Shown: one piece after another, positions 21,399 through 32,005 of the stretch | Layout: every line of letters starts with the position of its first letter | Numbering within the stretch: position 1 is the first letter of the stretch | Assembly: GCA_045536565.1 (NCBI GenBank) | Contig: JAZSNU010000020.1 | Location: 81,262 to 145,261, forward strand | DNA from: Clostridia bacterium | GTDB taxonomy: Bacteria > Bacillota > Clostridia > TANB77 > CAG-465 | DNA length: 64,000 bases | Reading direction: 5' to 3' | Translations under genes and position numbers: made by a program | The notes under the pieces: generated by a model | Told to the model about the DNA's origin: nothing | The model's database searches: none | Seen by the model: the letters and a program-made list of their open reading frames with translations, nothing else

Positions 21399-22247
21399 AT
21401 GAATTACAGGTCATCAGAGAGGTTTCATAATGTTACAAGAGGAGAAATAATAATAACATGTATAGCATTTGTTATATGGACTACTTTATGTATATTTATA
21501 AACATGTCTATAACTAATGCCACGACTAAAAGTAATGAAATATATTATAAAGCTATTCAAATCGATAATGAACCAACCCTTTTTGCGTACGCTATGAAAA
21601 CAAATGCTGGTAATGCGTTAGTGTATGGAGAAGTAAATCCTGTAGATACTGTAACGGATGAAATACTTAAACAAAACTATTTAGCTATAAAGGTGCATAT
21701 TGATAAATATGTAGAAAAGGTTAAGTACGAAGATATTACCGATGAAGATGGCAATGTAATTGGGCAAAGAGCAGTGCATTATGAGGAATGGGATAGTTAC
21801 AAAACAATAGAAACCCATGCAAATGAAATAAACTTCTTAGGTAAAAACTTTCCATATTCTAAATTAGATTTATCAAATTATACAAAACTAGAACTTAATA
21901 CAGATACAGTAAAAGATGGATTAGAAGGAAATACAAGGTGGAATTATTTTTATCCTTCTGGTAGATTATTTGCAAGAGTTGGAGATTATAGATATGAATA
22001 CTATATTATTCCTTTAAAACAGAATATAACTGTATTAGCAAATTTGAGTGAAAACACAATGTATAATGTTAAATCTAGGGATAGAACAGTTGATGTTCAT
22101 TACAATAAAACAATAGATCAAGTTATGAAAGATAGACAACAAAGTAAAAATGGTTTGAATATACTGTTCACGGTATTTTGGTATATTATATTTGCATTTT
22201 TTGCATATGTTTTTATTAATTCTCGTAACAAATGGGCTGATTGCTAA
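21399..22247 (+). CDS. Hypothetical two-TM membrane protein coupled to LemA
   Basis: TM at both ends flanking a large soluble loop; starts 1 nt after lemA stop. Confidence 0.75.
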   Translation: MNYRSSERFHNVTRGEIIITCIAFVIWTTLCIFINMSITNATTKSNEIYYKAIQIDNEPTLFAYAMKTNAGNALVYGEVNPVDTVTDEILKQNYLAIKVHIDKYVEKVKYEDITDEDGNVIGQRAVHYEEWDSYKTIETHANEINFLGKNFPYSKLDLSNYTKLELNTDTVKDGLEGNTRWNYFYPSGRLFARVGDYRYEYYIIPLKQNITVLANLSENTMYNVKSRDRTVDVHYNKTIDQVMKDRQQSKNGLNILFTVFWYIIFAFFAYVFINSRNKWADC

Positions 22248-22337
22248 TTTAATCCAGAGCTATATTTTAGCTCTGGATTTTATCATGTTATATATGAAGT
22301 ATATAAAAAAGCAGATCGTAAAAATCTGCTTTTCATA

Positions 22338-22413
22338 TGGTCGGAGTGACAGGACCCGAACCTGCGACCTCATGGTCCCAAACCACGCGCTCTACCAACT
22401 GAGCTACACCCCG
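22338..22413 (-). tRNA. tRNA-Pro(TGG)
   Basis: Reverse complement CGGGGTGTAGCTCAGTTGGTAGAGCGCGTGGTTTGGGACCATGAGGTCGCAGGTTCGGGTCCTGTCACTCCGACCA; encoded CCA. Confidence 0.96.
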
Positions 22414-22531
22414 ATATATTTTTGATACGCAAGTTATTATAGCATGTTTTTTTACACAAATCAAGTTTTTTTATGCAAAATGATGAAAATTGCTTGTAAA
22501 TATGATAAAATACCAGTATGGAGTGATTTGT

Positions 22532-22924
22532 ATGGAATGTTTTTGTGGAACAGATATTATAGAAGTATCAAGAGTTAAAGATGCAATATTAAATACAAGG
22601 GGATTTAAAGAAAAAATATATACATTAAAAGAAATTCAAGTTGGAAATAGCAAGTCAGAAAAAGTAATGTATGAATATTTTGCAGGAAGATTTGCAGCAA
22701 AAGAAGCAATATACAAAGCAGTGAGTAGTTTTAAGAATGATTTTAACTTTTGGGAAGTTGAAATATTAAATGATAAAGATTTAAAAAATAGACCAATAGT
22801 TATATTTAAAAATGAAGAATTATTATCAATGCAAGATAGAGGATTTTTGAGTATTGATGTAAGTATTTCTCACATATCAGAATATGCTACTGCAACAGCA
22901 GTGGTTAAAGTGTCTAAACCTTAG
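22532..22924 (+). CDS. acpS: Holo-ACP synthase
   Basis: GTDIIEV, FAGRFAAKEA, SISH. Confidence 0.92.
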   Translation: MECFCGTDIIEVSRVKDAILNTRGFKEKIYTLKEIQVGNSKSEKVMYEYFAGRFAAKEAIYKAVSSFKNDFNFWEVEILNDKDLKNRPIVIFKNEELLSMQDRGFLSIDVSISHISEYATATAVVKVSKP

Positions 22925-23011
22925 AAAATACCTAAGTTTGACATAAATTTCAATTGACAAATAAAGGGACCTGTGAGATAATTATATTTATAGAAAAAGC
23001 GAGGGATTAAC

Positions 23012-24949
23012 ATGTGTGATAAAAAAGAAAAATATTATATGACAACAGCAATAGCCTATACATCTAAAAAACCACATATAGGAAATACATATGAGGCAAT
23101 TTTTGCAGATAGTATAGCAAGATATAAAAGGATGCAAGGATATGATGTATACTTTATGACTGGAACAGATGAGCATGGTCAAAAGATACAACAACTAGCA
23201 GAAGAATCAAACATTTCACCTAAACAATATGTTGATAATATTGCAGGTGAAATAAAAGAAATATGGGATTTAGTAGGTACAAGTTATGATAAGTTTATAA
23301 GGACAACAGATGATTATCATGAAAAAACAGTACAAAAAATATTCAAAAAATTATATGACCAAGGGGATATATATAAAGGATATTACGAAGGATGGTACTG
23401 CACACCATGTGAATCTTTCTTTACTGAAACACAACTTGTAGACGGAAAATGTCCAGATTGCGGAAGAGAAGTAAACCATTCAAAAGAAGAAGCATACTTC
23501 TTAAAATTAAGCAATTATCAAGATAGATTAATAAAACATATAGAAGAACATCCTGATTTTATTCAGCCAAAAGCAAGAGAAAAGGAAATAATCAACAACT
23601 TCATAAAACCAGGACTTCAAGATCTATGTGTATCTAGATCATCTTTTACATGGGGAATACCAGTAGAATTTGATCCAAAACATGTGACATATGTATGGAT
23701 TGATGCTTTATCTAACTATATAACTGGAATAGGTTATGAACTAGATAAAAAAGGTGAGAAATACTTAAAATATTGGCCAGCTGACTTGCATATCATTGGT
23801 AAAGATATTTTAAGATTCCATATGATATATTGGCCAATAATGCTTATGGCACTTGGTGAGCCACTGCCTAAGCATATATATGCTCATGGCTGGATGCTAT
23901 TTGGTCAAGATAAAATGAGTAAATCAAGAGGAAATGTAATATATGCTGATGATTTAGTAAAATTATTTGGCGTAGATGCGACAAGATTTTATTCATTAAG
24001 TGAAATGCCATTTGCACAAGATGGTTCAATCACATATGAAGCATTTATATCAAGATATAATTCAGAACTTGCTAATACATTAGGAAATTTAGTAAATAGA
24101 ACAATAGCAATGTGTAATAAATATTTTGATGGTATAGTTCAAAATAAAAATGTGGCCGATGAAGTAGACCAAGATTTAATAAATGTAGCTTTAAATTCTG
24201 CTAAAAAGTATAATGAAAAAATGAACGAATTAAAAGTTCAAGAAGCAATTTCTGAAATATGGGAATTAGTTCGTAGAAGTAATAAATATATTGATGAAAC
24301 AATGCCGTGGAGTTTAGCAAAAGACGAAACTAAAAAGGACAGATTAAGTACGGTTCTATATAATCTTATTGAATCAATAAGAATGATTGCTGTAATGATA
24401 GCACCAATTATTCCAGGCACATCTGAAAAAATATTTGAATATATAAATTCAAATGAAAAATCATTAGAAAGCATTAATGAATTTGGAATATATGTATCAG
24501 GAACAAAAGTGCAAACTGCTAAACCATTATTTGAAAGAATAGATGAAAAGAAAAAAATGGAAGAAATAGAAGAATTAAATAAGAAAGAAGTGGAAACTGT
24601 GGAAAACACAAGCGAAGAAAAAGCAAATTTAATAACAATTGATGAGTTAGATAAAGTAAAACTACAAGTAGGACAAATAAAAGAAGTAAATAGAGTAGAA
24701 GGTGCAAACAAGCTATATTGCTTATCTGTTGATATAGGAACAGAGGTAAGAACAATAGTATCAGGATTAGTACCATACTACACAGAAGAAGAACTATTAA
24801 ATAAAAAAATAGTTGTAGTAACTAACTTAAAACCTGCTAAATTAAGAGGTATAGAATCAAATGGAATGCTTTTAGCAGCAGGAGATGGAGATATTGTTAA
24901 ATTACTTACAATAGACGGAGATGTAGAGTTAGGAGCAAACATTCATTAA
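23012..24949 (+). CDS. metG: Methionine-tRNA ligase
   Basis: HIGN, GTDEHG, CxxC knuckles, KMSKS, C-terminal OB-fold. Confidence 0.97.
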   Translation: MCDKKEKYYMTTAIAYTSKKPHIGNTYEAIFADSIARYKRMQGYDVYFMTGTDEHGQKIQQLAEESNISPKQYVDNIAGEIKEIWDLVGTSYDKFIRTTDDYHEKTVQKIFKKLYDQGDIYKGYYEGWYCTPCESFFTETQLVDGKCPDCGREVNHSKEEAYFLKLSNYQDRLIKHIEEHPDFIQPKAREKEIINNFIKPGLQDLCVSRSSFTWGIPVEFDPKHVTYVWIDALSNYITGIGYELDKKGEKYLKYWPADLHIIGKDILRFHMIYWPIMLMALGEPLPKHIYAHGWMLFGQDKMSKSRGNVIYADDLVKLFGVDATRFYSLSEMPFAQDGSITYEAFISRYNSELANTLGNLVNRTIAMCNKYFDGIVQNKNVADEVDQDLINVALNSAKKYNEKMNELKVQEAISEIWELVRRSNKYIDETMPWSLAKDETKKDRLSTVLYNLIESIRMIAVMIAPIIPGTSEKIFEYINSNEKSLESINEFGIYVSGTKVQTAKPLFERIDEKKKMEEIEELNKKEVETVENTSEEKANLITIDELDKVKLQVGQIKEVNRVEGANKLYCLSVDIGTEVRTIVSGLVPYYTEEELLNKKIVVVTNLKPAKLRGIESNGMLLAAGDGDIVKLLTIDGDVELGANIH

Positions 24950-24970
24950 TATATAGGAGAAAGTATAGTT

Positions 24971-25591
24971 ATGAAAAACAAAGTTGTAAGAGAAGTGTTA
25001 GACTGGATAATTTGTATAGTAATAGCATATGTCCTATACTTAATAATTAACTACTTTTTTGGTACAATATCTGGTGTAAAACAATCTTCTATGTACCCTA
25101 CTTGTAAGCAAGGGGATAAAGTATTAATAAGTAGAAGAGTTATTAAACCGAAAGAAATAAAAAGAGGACAAATTGTAACTCTTGAAGCACCAATTTTTGG
25201 AGCAGGACTTGAAATAAAAGATAATGTTGCGATATATCCTGAGTATCATGGAATGACAAACTTTGCGTATCATGTTATGGGTATAGGAAAGAAAAGTTAT
25301 ATAAAAAGAGTAGTGGCATTAGAAGGGGAACATATATATATATCAGAAGAGGGAAAGGTATATATAAATGATGAACTACTAAAAGAAAAATACATACAAG
25401 AAGATGTAAACACAATAAGAAGTGGTGAATTTTATGATTTAATAGTTCCAGAAGACTGTGTATTTGTAATGGGAGATAATAGAGAAGAAAGTGCAGATAG
25501 TAGAGCCTTTGGTTGTGTCCCAATAGAGAAGATAGAAGGTAATGTTAAATGCAGAATATGGCCGCTGAATAAAATAGGTAAAATTAAATAG
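24971..25591 (+). CDS. lepB: Signal peptidase I
   Basis: SMYPT, YIKRV, MGDNR..S.DSR. Confidence 0.93.
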   Translation: MKNKVVREVLDWIICIVIAYVLYLIINYFFGTISGVKQSSMYPTCKQGDKVLISRRVIKPKEIKRGQIVTLEAPIFGAGLEIKDNVAIYPEYHGMTNFAYHVMGIGKKSYIKRVVALEGEHIYISEEGKVYINDELLKEKYIQEDVNTIRSGEFYDLIVPEDCVFVMGDNREESADSRAFGCVPIEKIEGNVKCRIWPLNKIGKIK

Positions 25592-25600
25592 GAGATAAGA

Positions 25601-26431
25601 ATGTTTGATAGTGCTATTGGACATAACGGTCCAAAAGAAATGTTATTAAATGATATTGAGAAAAATAAGGTTTCTCACGCATATGCTTTTGTAGGTCCAA
25701 AAGGTATAGGAAAAAAATTACTATCTGATGAATTTGCAAAACAATTGTTGAATACAGACAACTTAAATATAGCAGTTGATTATAAATATATAAAGAAATT
25801 AGATGGTAAAAAGAATATACTTATTGAGCAAATAAGAAAAGAATTAGTTGATGATGTGTATATTTCACCAGCTGCGAGTAGACACAAAGTATATATAATA
25901 GATGATGCAGATGATTTAAATACTGAATCACAAAATGCACTTTTAAAAACATTAGAAGAACCACCTTCATATGTTTGTATTATATTAATAACAGAAAACA
26001 TTCAAAACTTCTTACCTACTGTTATATCAAGGGTAAAACAAATTAAATTTGATAAATTATCTAATGAAGAAATAACAGACTATTGCACAAAAAATAATAT
26101 GGAAAATGTTTTTACAGAAAATATGTTAAAATATATTGATGGTTCAATAGGAAAACTTGTTAATTTAAAAGAAGAAAGTGAAATGAATATATTTTATGAG
26201 GCTGAAAAAATTGTAAAATGTATTAAAGAAAAAAAAGAATTAGAAATAATTAAAATATTAGATAAAATAAGTTTAAAAAGTACTAATATATTAGATTATT
26301 TACAATACTTGTTATATATTAATCAGTTATATCCGCCTATGTTTGAAATAGAAAATGCAAGAAAAAAATTAAAATATAACGGGAATGAAGATGTTGTAAA
26401 AACAATGTTTGTTATAAATAGTTGCAATTGA
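25601..26431 (+). CDS. holB: DNA polymerase III delta'
   Basis: SHAYAFVGPKGIGK, QNALLKTLEEPP, LPTVISR. Confidence 0.88.
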   Translation: MFDSAIGHNGPKEMLLNDIEKNKVSHAYAFVGPKGIGKKLLSDEFAKQLLNTDNLNIAVDYKYIKKLDGKKNILIEQIRKELVDDVYISPAASRHKVYIIDDADDLNTESQNALLKTLEEPPSYVCIILITENIQNFLPTVISRVKQIKFDKLSNEEITDYCTKNNMENVFTENMLKYIDGSIGKLVNLKEESEMNIFYEAEKIVKCIKEKKELEIIKILDKISLKSTNILDYLQYLLYINQLYPPMFEIENARKKLKYNGNEDVVKTMFVINSCN

Positions 26432-26446
26432 AAGGAGGAAGACTAG

Positions 26447-27325
26447 ATGGAAAAGAAAAAAGAAGATTTAATCTTAGGAGTTAGATTTCAAAAGACAGGA
26501 ACTCTTCATTATATGGATCCTTTAACATATGGATTTAGAATAGGAGATTTAGTTATTGCTAATTCTAAAAGAGGTACTGAGATAGGACGAGTAGTTAGTA
26601 TTAAAAATAGAAATGAATTAGATAAAAATATTGAAATTGAGAAAATTATAAAACCTGCCACTAAATATGATGTTGAAAAGCAAAAAGAACATGAAAAAAA
26701 TGCCAAAGATGCAGTGTTAAAATGTAAAAAAATAGCAAATGAACTTGAACTTAACATGAAGGTTATACATGCCGAATATACTTTTGATGGCAGCAAATTA
26801 ATATTCTATTTTGCATCAGAAGATAGAGTTGATTTTAGAGAATTAGTAAAAAGACTAGCAGCAGAATATAAATTAAGGATTGAACTAAGACAGGTAGGAC
26901 CAAGAGATGAAATAAAAATGTACCCTAATCTTGGAATGTGTGGCAAGGAAGTTTGTTGTAGGACATTTTTACCAGATTTTGAATCAGTAACAATAAAGAT
27001 GGCAAAAGAGCAAGGTTTGCAAATAAATATGTCAAAGATATCAGGTGCGTGTGGTAGACTTATGTGTTGCTTAAAATATGAACAAGATGCTTACAAAGAA
27101 AACATGAAAGATTTACCAAAGCATAATGAAATGGTTAAATATAACGATGAAGATGCAAAGGTAATAGGACTTGATATATTAAATAAAAAAGTAAGACTAA
27201 AAATAGGAATAGGCGAAGATGAAAAGTTTGAAACTGTTGATTACACTGAAATAGAAAGAGTAAAAAAGAATAATAACAGTGATAAAAAACAAGAGAAACA
27301 AGGTAAAGAGGAACGTGGTGAATAA
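26447..27325 (+). CDS. ricT: PSP1-domain protein RicT/YaaT
   Basis: RVDFRELV, RIELRQVG.RDE, CG..CC, SGACGRLMCCL. Confidence 0.92.
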   Translation: MEKKKEDLILGVRFQKTGTLHYMDPLTYGFRIGDLVIANSKRGTEIGRVVSIKNRNELDKNIEIEKIIKPATKYDVEKQKEHEKNAKDAVLKCKKIANELELNMKVIHAEYTFDGSKLIFYFASEDRVDFRELVKRLAAEYKLRIELRQVGPRDEIKMYPNLGMCGKEVCCRTFLPDFESVTIKMAKEQGLQINMSKISGACGRLMCCLKYEQDAYKENMKDLPKHNEMVKYNDEDAKVIGLDILNKKVRLKIGIGEDEKFETVDYTEIERVKKNNNSDKKQEKQGKEERGE

Positions 27326-27326
27326 A

Positions 27327-27497
27327 ATGGCATACAGAATAAGTGAAGAATGTATATCATGTGGAGCATGTGCTAACGAATGTCCAGCAGGAGCAATAAA
27401 AAGTGGTGATGATAGATATGTAGTAGATGCAGAAAAATGCATATCATGTGGAGCATGTGCTGGTATTTGCCCAGTAGGAGCACCAGAAGAAGAGTAA
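27327..27497 (+). CDS. 2[4Fe-4S] ferredoxin
   Basis: Two CxxCxxCxxxCP motifs. Confidence 0.93.
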   Translation: MAYRISEECISCGACANECPAGAIKSGDDRYVVDAEKCISCGACAGICPVGAPEEE

Positions 27498-27602
27498 AAA
27501 TATATATTAAAAAGAGTGCTTAAAACAAGCACTTTTTCTTTACAAAAAATAAATTATATGATAGCATATATATATATATACAAAAGAAAAGAGGTGAAAT
27601 AT

Positions 27603-28277
27603 ATGGAAAAAAAGTATAACATAGTACTAGGACTTATGATATTTTTCTTTATAATAATTGTCGGAATAACTATTGCATGGGGATTAGGATATATTGGAGT
27701 TAATAAAAATAGTACTGTAATAGATAATAGTAATCCTTCAACATCAAAGAGTGATACAATTGTTAATGAAGGAGTAATAGAAAACAGTGATAAAAAAGAA
27801 AATGAACAAATAATAAAAGAGACAGTTAAAGAAGTCACAGTAGCCAAAATGTTAGAGTTTGATTATACTAAATCTAAAAATGTAGATGATAATCAAAATT
27901 ATAATGGTGCTATATCAAAGGTATATTATGATGGTGAAAAAGAGTTTACATTATTAATATATTCTGATGGAAGTGCAAAAATTAGTGTTATATTAGATGA
28001 AGGACCAATAGAATATCCAATAAATAATTTAAAAGGAAAAGTAAAAGATGGAATAATAGGAAGTTATACTCAAGGAATTGAAAAAGCCTATTTATTATTA
28101 GAGGATGGTACAGTCCAAAGTATATCTGATTTTTCAATGTTTAAACAAGTAGGATTTACAGCAGATAAAGTTATAGAAGGTGTAAAAGACATTGTTAGAC
28201 TAGAAACAATAGTAAATGTAGGTGGAAAGAGATTACCAATAGCTATTGATAATAATGGATACTATTATGCAATATAA
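27603..28277 (+). CDS. Hypothetical membrane-anchored protein
   Basis: SD GAGGTG, N-terminal TM, low-complexity linker, beta-rich C-terminus. Confidence 0.75.
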   Translation: MEKKYNIVLGLMIFFFIIIVGITIAWGLGYIGVNKNSTVIDNSNPSTSKSDTIVNEGVIENSDKKENEQIIKETVKEVTVAKMLEFDYTKSKNVDDNQNYNGAISKVYYDGEKEFTLLIYSDGSAKISVILDEGPIEYPINNLKGKVKDGIIGSYTQGIEKAYLLLEDGTVQSISDFSMFKQVGFTADKVIEGVKDIVRLETIVNVGGKRLPIAIDNNGYYYAI

Positions 28278-28297
28278 TAATATTATATAACAAAACA

Positions 28298-28321
28298 AAG
28301 CGGAGAATTATTTCTCCGCTT
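28298..28321. terminator. Bidirectional intrinsic terminator
   Basis: AAGCGGAGAA-TTAT-TTCTCCGCTT. Confidence 0.75.
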
Positions 28322-28348
28322 CTTTATATACTTTATTTACAATCCCTA

Positions 28349-30982
28349 TTAGTTTTTAGGAAACTTAATAGCTGCTTGTGCTGCTGCTAAGCGAGCAATA
28401 GGAACTCTAAATGGTGAACATGAAACATATGTTAATCCTGCTTTATGACAGAATTCGATAGATGATGGATCTCCACCATGTTCTCCACATATTCCAAGTT
28501 TTATATCAGGTCTAGTTTGTCTACCTAATTTAGCTGCCATTTCAACTAATTTACCAACACCATTTTGGTCTAGTCTTGCGAATGGGTCTTGTTCATAAAT
28601 TTTCTTGTCATAATAGTAATTTAAGAATTTACCAGCATCGTCACGGCTAAATCCAAATGTCATTTGTGTTAAGTCGTTAGTTCCAAATGAGAAGAACTCA
28701 GCTTCCTCGGCTATTTCGTCAGCAGTTACTGCTGCTCTTGGTATTTCAATCATTGTTCCTACTTTATAGTGCATGTCTTTTCCGCTTGCTTTTATTATTT
28801 CGTCAGCAGTTGTTGTAACTATTGATTTAACATAAGCAAGTTCTTTAACTTCACCAACTAATGGAATCATTATTTCAGGAACAATATTCCATTCAGGATG
28901 TCTATCCATAACATTTAATGCAGCCTCAATAACTGCTCTTGTTTGCATTTCTGCAATTTCAGGATAAGAAACAGCTAATCTACATCCTCTATGTCCCATC
29001 ATTGGGTTAAATTCATGAAGAGAAGCAATAACATTTCTTAATTCTTGTGCAGTTATATTTAGTTCTCCTGCAATTTCAATAATATCTTTTTCCTCAGTAG
29101 GTAAGAACTCATGAAGAGGTGGATCTAAGTAACGAATAGTTACTGATTTACCTTCCATTGCTTCATATAAACCTTCAAAATCACCTCTTTGCATTGGTAA
29201 TAATTTATCTAAAGCTTTTCTTCTTTGTTCTTCTGTTTTAGCAACAATCATTTCTCTCATTGCTTTAATTCTATCTGCTTCAAAGAACATGTGCTCAGTA
29301 CGGCAAAGACCGATACCTTCTGCTCCGAATTTAGCTGCTTGTTTAGCATCTCTTGGAGAGTCAGCGTTTGTTCTTATTTGTAATGTTCTGAATTCATCAG
29401 CCCATCCCATTATTGTTCCGAAGTTTCCAGAAATAGAAGCTTCAACGGTTGGTATTGCTTCACCATAAATGTTACCAGTTGTACCATCAAGAGAAATATA
29501 ATCACCTTCGTGAATTTCTTTTCCACCTAATGTAAATACTTTGGCTTCTTCATCTATAACGATATCTCCACAACCAGATACACAGCAAGTACCCATACCA
29601 CGAGCAACAACTGCTGCGTGAGATGTCATACCACCTCTAACTGTTAAGATACCTTGAGCTGCGTTCATTCCTTCAATATCTTCTGGAGAAGTTTCAAGTC
29701 TAACAAGAACTACTTTTTCTCCTTTTTCAGCCCATACGATAGCATCTTCTGCTGTAAACACTACTTTACCACAAGCAGCACCAGGTGATGCTGGAAGTGC
29801 TGAACCGATTGGAGTAGCTGCTTTTAAAGCTGCTGCGTCGAATGCAGGGTGTAATACAGCATCTAGGCTCTTAGCATCAATCATAGCAACTGCTTCTTCT
29901 TTGCTTATCATACCTTCATTAACAAGATCAACAGCTATTTGAAGTGCAGCGGCTGCTGTTCTTTTACCATTTCTAGTTTGTAACATGTATAATTTACCAT
30001 TTTCAATTGTAAATTCCATATCTTGCATATCTCTGTAATGGTTTTCTAGTTTTTTGCATATTTCAACAAATTGATCATATGCAGCAGGCATAACTTCTTT
30101 TAATTGATCTATTTTTTGTGGTGTTCTAATACCAGCAACAACATCTTCACCTTGTGCATTCATTAAGAATTCACCGTAAAGTTTAGCTTCACCAGTAGAT
30201 GGGTTACGAGTAAATGCAACACCAGTACCAGATGTTTCACCCATGTTACCAAATACCATCATTTGAACATTGACAGCAGTTCCCCAAGAAGAAGGAATAT
30301 CGTTCATTCTTCTGTAGTATATAGCTCTAGGATTATCCCAAGATCTAAATACTGCTTTAACAGCTTCTAATAATTGTGTTTTTGGTTCAGATGGGAAATC
30401 TTCTCCTTTTTGCTCTTTATAGAAAGCCTTAAACTGAGATATTAACTCTTTTAAATCTTCAGAAGTTAATTCTGTATCTAGTTTAACACCTCTTTTTTCT
30501 TTTAATTCATCAATTAATCTTTCAAAATTGCTCTTTGGAAGTTCCATAACAACATCAGAGAACATTTGAATGAAACGACGATATGAATCGTAAGCAAAAC
30601 GAGGGTTACCTGTAAGATTTGCAAAACCTTCAACAACTTCATCGTTTAAACCTAGATTTAATATTGTATCCATCATACCAGGCATAGACGCTCTAGCACC
30701 AGAACGAACAGATACTAGTAAAGGATTGTTTACATTTCCAAATTCTTTACCAGAAATTTCTTCTAATTTTTTCAAACTAGCAAAAATTTCATCTACGATT
30801 TCAGGAGCGATTTCCTTATTGTCATCGTAGTAACGCGTACAAGCCTCAGTTGAAACAGTAAATCCTTGTGGAACTGGCATACCTAAGTTAGTCATTTCGG
30901 CTAGGTTAGCACCTTTTCCGCCAAGAAGCTCTCTTTGTTTACCGTTACCTTCTGAGAACATATATACATATTTTGTGCTCAT
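28349..30982 (-). CDS. ppdK: Pyruvate, phosphate dikinase
   Basis: GGKGANLAEM, GGMTSHAAVVAR, GTNDLTQ, CGEHGG. Confidence 0.98.
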   Translation of the reverse strand: MSTKYVYMFSEGNGKQRELLGGKGANLAEMTNLGMPVPQGFTVSTEACTRYYDDNKEIAPEIVDEIFASLKKLEEISGKEFGNVNNPLLVSVRSGARASMPGMMDTILNLGLNDEVVEGFANLTGNPRFAYDSYRRFIQMFSDVVMELPKSNFERLIDELKEKRGVKLDTELTSEDLKELISQFKAFYKEQKGEDFPSEPKTQLLEAVKAVFRSWDNPRAIYYRRMNDIPSSWGTAVNVQMMVFGNMGETSGTGVAFTRNPSTGEAKLYGEFLMNAQGEDVVAGIRTPQKIDQLKEVMPAAYDQFVEICKKLENHYRDMQDMEFTIENGKLYMLQTRNGKRTAAAALQIAVDLVNEGMISKEEAVAMIDAKSLDAVLHPAFDAAALKAATPIGSALPASPGAACGKVVFTAEDAIVWAEKGEKVVLVRLETSPEDIEGMNAAQGILTVRGGMTSHAAVVARGMGTCCVSGCGDIVIDEEAKVFTLGGKEIHEGDYISLDGTTGNIYGEAIPTVEASISGNFGTIMGWADEFRTLQIRTNADSPRDAKQAAKFGAEGIGLCRTEHMFFEADRIKAMREMIVAKTEEQRRKALDKLLPMQRGDFEGLYEAMEGKSVTIRYLDPPLHEFLPTEEKDIIEIAGELNITAQELRNVIASLHEFNPMMGHRGCRLAVSYPEIAEMQTRAVIEAALNVMDRHPEWNIVPEIMIPLVGEVKELAYVKSIVTTTADEIIKASGKDMHYKVGTMIEIPRAAVTADEIAEEAEFFSFGTNDLTQMTFGFSRDDAGKFLNYYYDKKIYEQDPFARLDQNGVGKLVEMAAKLGRQTRPDIKLGICGEHGGDPSSIEFCHKAGLTYVSCSPFRVPIARLAAAQAAIKFPKN

Positions 30983-31176
30983 TGACACGACCTCCTTAAA
31001 TTAGTTTAGTATATTTACACTTGCTTAAACTAATTCTATGTGAAAATTCAAGCAAATATATTTTTAACATATGAATTATATCAAAAGATATACGAAAATG
31101 CTACTATTTATTGGAAAATAATTAAAAATATTATACATAAAAATTAACTAGGGAATATTTTCCCTAGTTAAAATGA

Positions 31177-31386
31177 TTATTTTGCTTCTTCTGTTGTTTT
31201 TGTGGTAGTGTCATTTTTGGTTAATGTTGAGGTTGTATGCGTAAAGCAATCACAATCTAAAAAATCACATTCGACATCTAACGCTTTTTTTAATTCCACA
31301 TATTTTTGGTAACCCATTACTCCAAGTGTAACAACACCAAGGAGTGAAGTTCCTACCAAAAATAATTTACCTATTTTTTTTGCCAT
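31177..31386 (-). CDS. Small membrane-anchored hypothetical protein
   Basis: Strong SD AAGGAGG, TM, CxxxxCxC and Thr-rich tail. Confidence 0.7.
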   Translation of the reverse strand: MAKKIGKLFLVGTSLLGVVTLGVMGYQKYVELKKALDVECDFLDCDCFTHTTSTLTKNDTTTKTTEEAK

Positions 31387-31561
31387 GTTAAATTCCTCCT
31401 TAAAATATTAAGTTTGTTTGGTTAAGTATAATAGTTATACACTTTTAAAAATTTTCTACTATATTAGTATACCAGAAAAACAATAATATGTCAACTAAAC
31501 ATAGAGAAAGTAAAGTAACCAGGACAAACATATAAGAATATACTACACTAGGTGATGAAAA

Positions 31562-31897
31562 ATGGAATTGTTATTAGAAGTAATAATATATTTACTGGTG
31601 GTTTTAGGCTTAATAACAGTCTGCTTTACTTTTTTTAATAAGTTTAAATTGCTAGACTTAATTGTGTCAAATGAAATAGTGCAAAGTGAAGAAAAAACAG
31701 GGAAACATAAATATTTTAGGGTAAAAAATCAAAATGCAAAAGTAATAATGAATGTACGATATAAAAATATTACAGTGGAGGAGTTAGAAAAAATAAAAGA
31801 GAGTATAGAAATTGCAAACTATACCAATATATTAGATATAGTTGATGAAATAAATTACATAGAAAGTGCTCAAAAAAAAGTTAAGAAAAAAAGATAG
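31562..31897 (+). CDS. Hypothetical membrane protein
   Basis: SD AGGTGA, N-terminal TM. Confidence 0.7.
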   Translation: MELLLEVIIYLLVVLGLITVCFTFFNKFKLLDLIVSNEIVQSEEKTGKHKYFRVKNQNAKVIMNVRYKNITVEELEKIKESIEIANYTNILDIVDEINYIESAQKKVKKKR

Positions 31898-32005
31898 TAT
31901 AGAAGAGGATGATGTATACAAGGCATTGTCTTCTTTTTAATTTAATTTTGCCAATAAGTTTGACTTTTGTTTTTAATAAGTATAGAATATATTAGAGGTG
32001 GAAAT

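Noticed and set aside
22192-22425. 77-aa ORF
   Set aside because: Runs antisense through tRNA-Pro and terminators
27566-27580. (AT)7 tract as phase-variation switch
   Set aside because: Short, in an AT-rich genome, and downstream of the likely -10 rather than in the spacer or CDS
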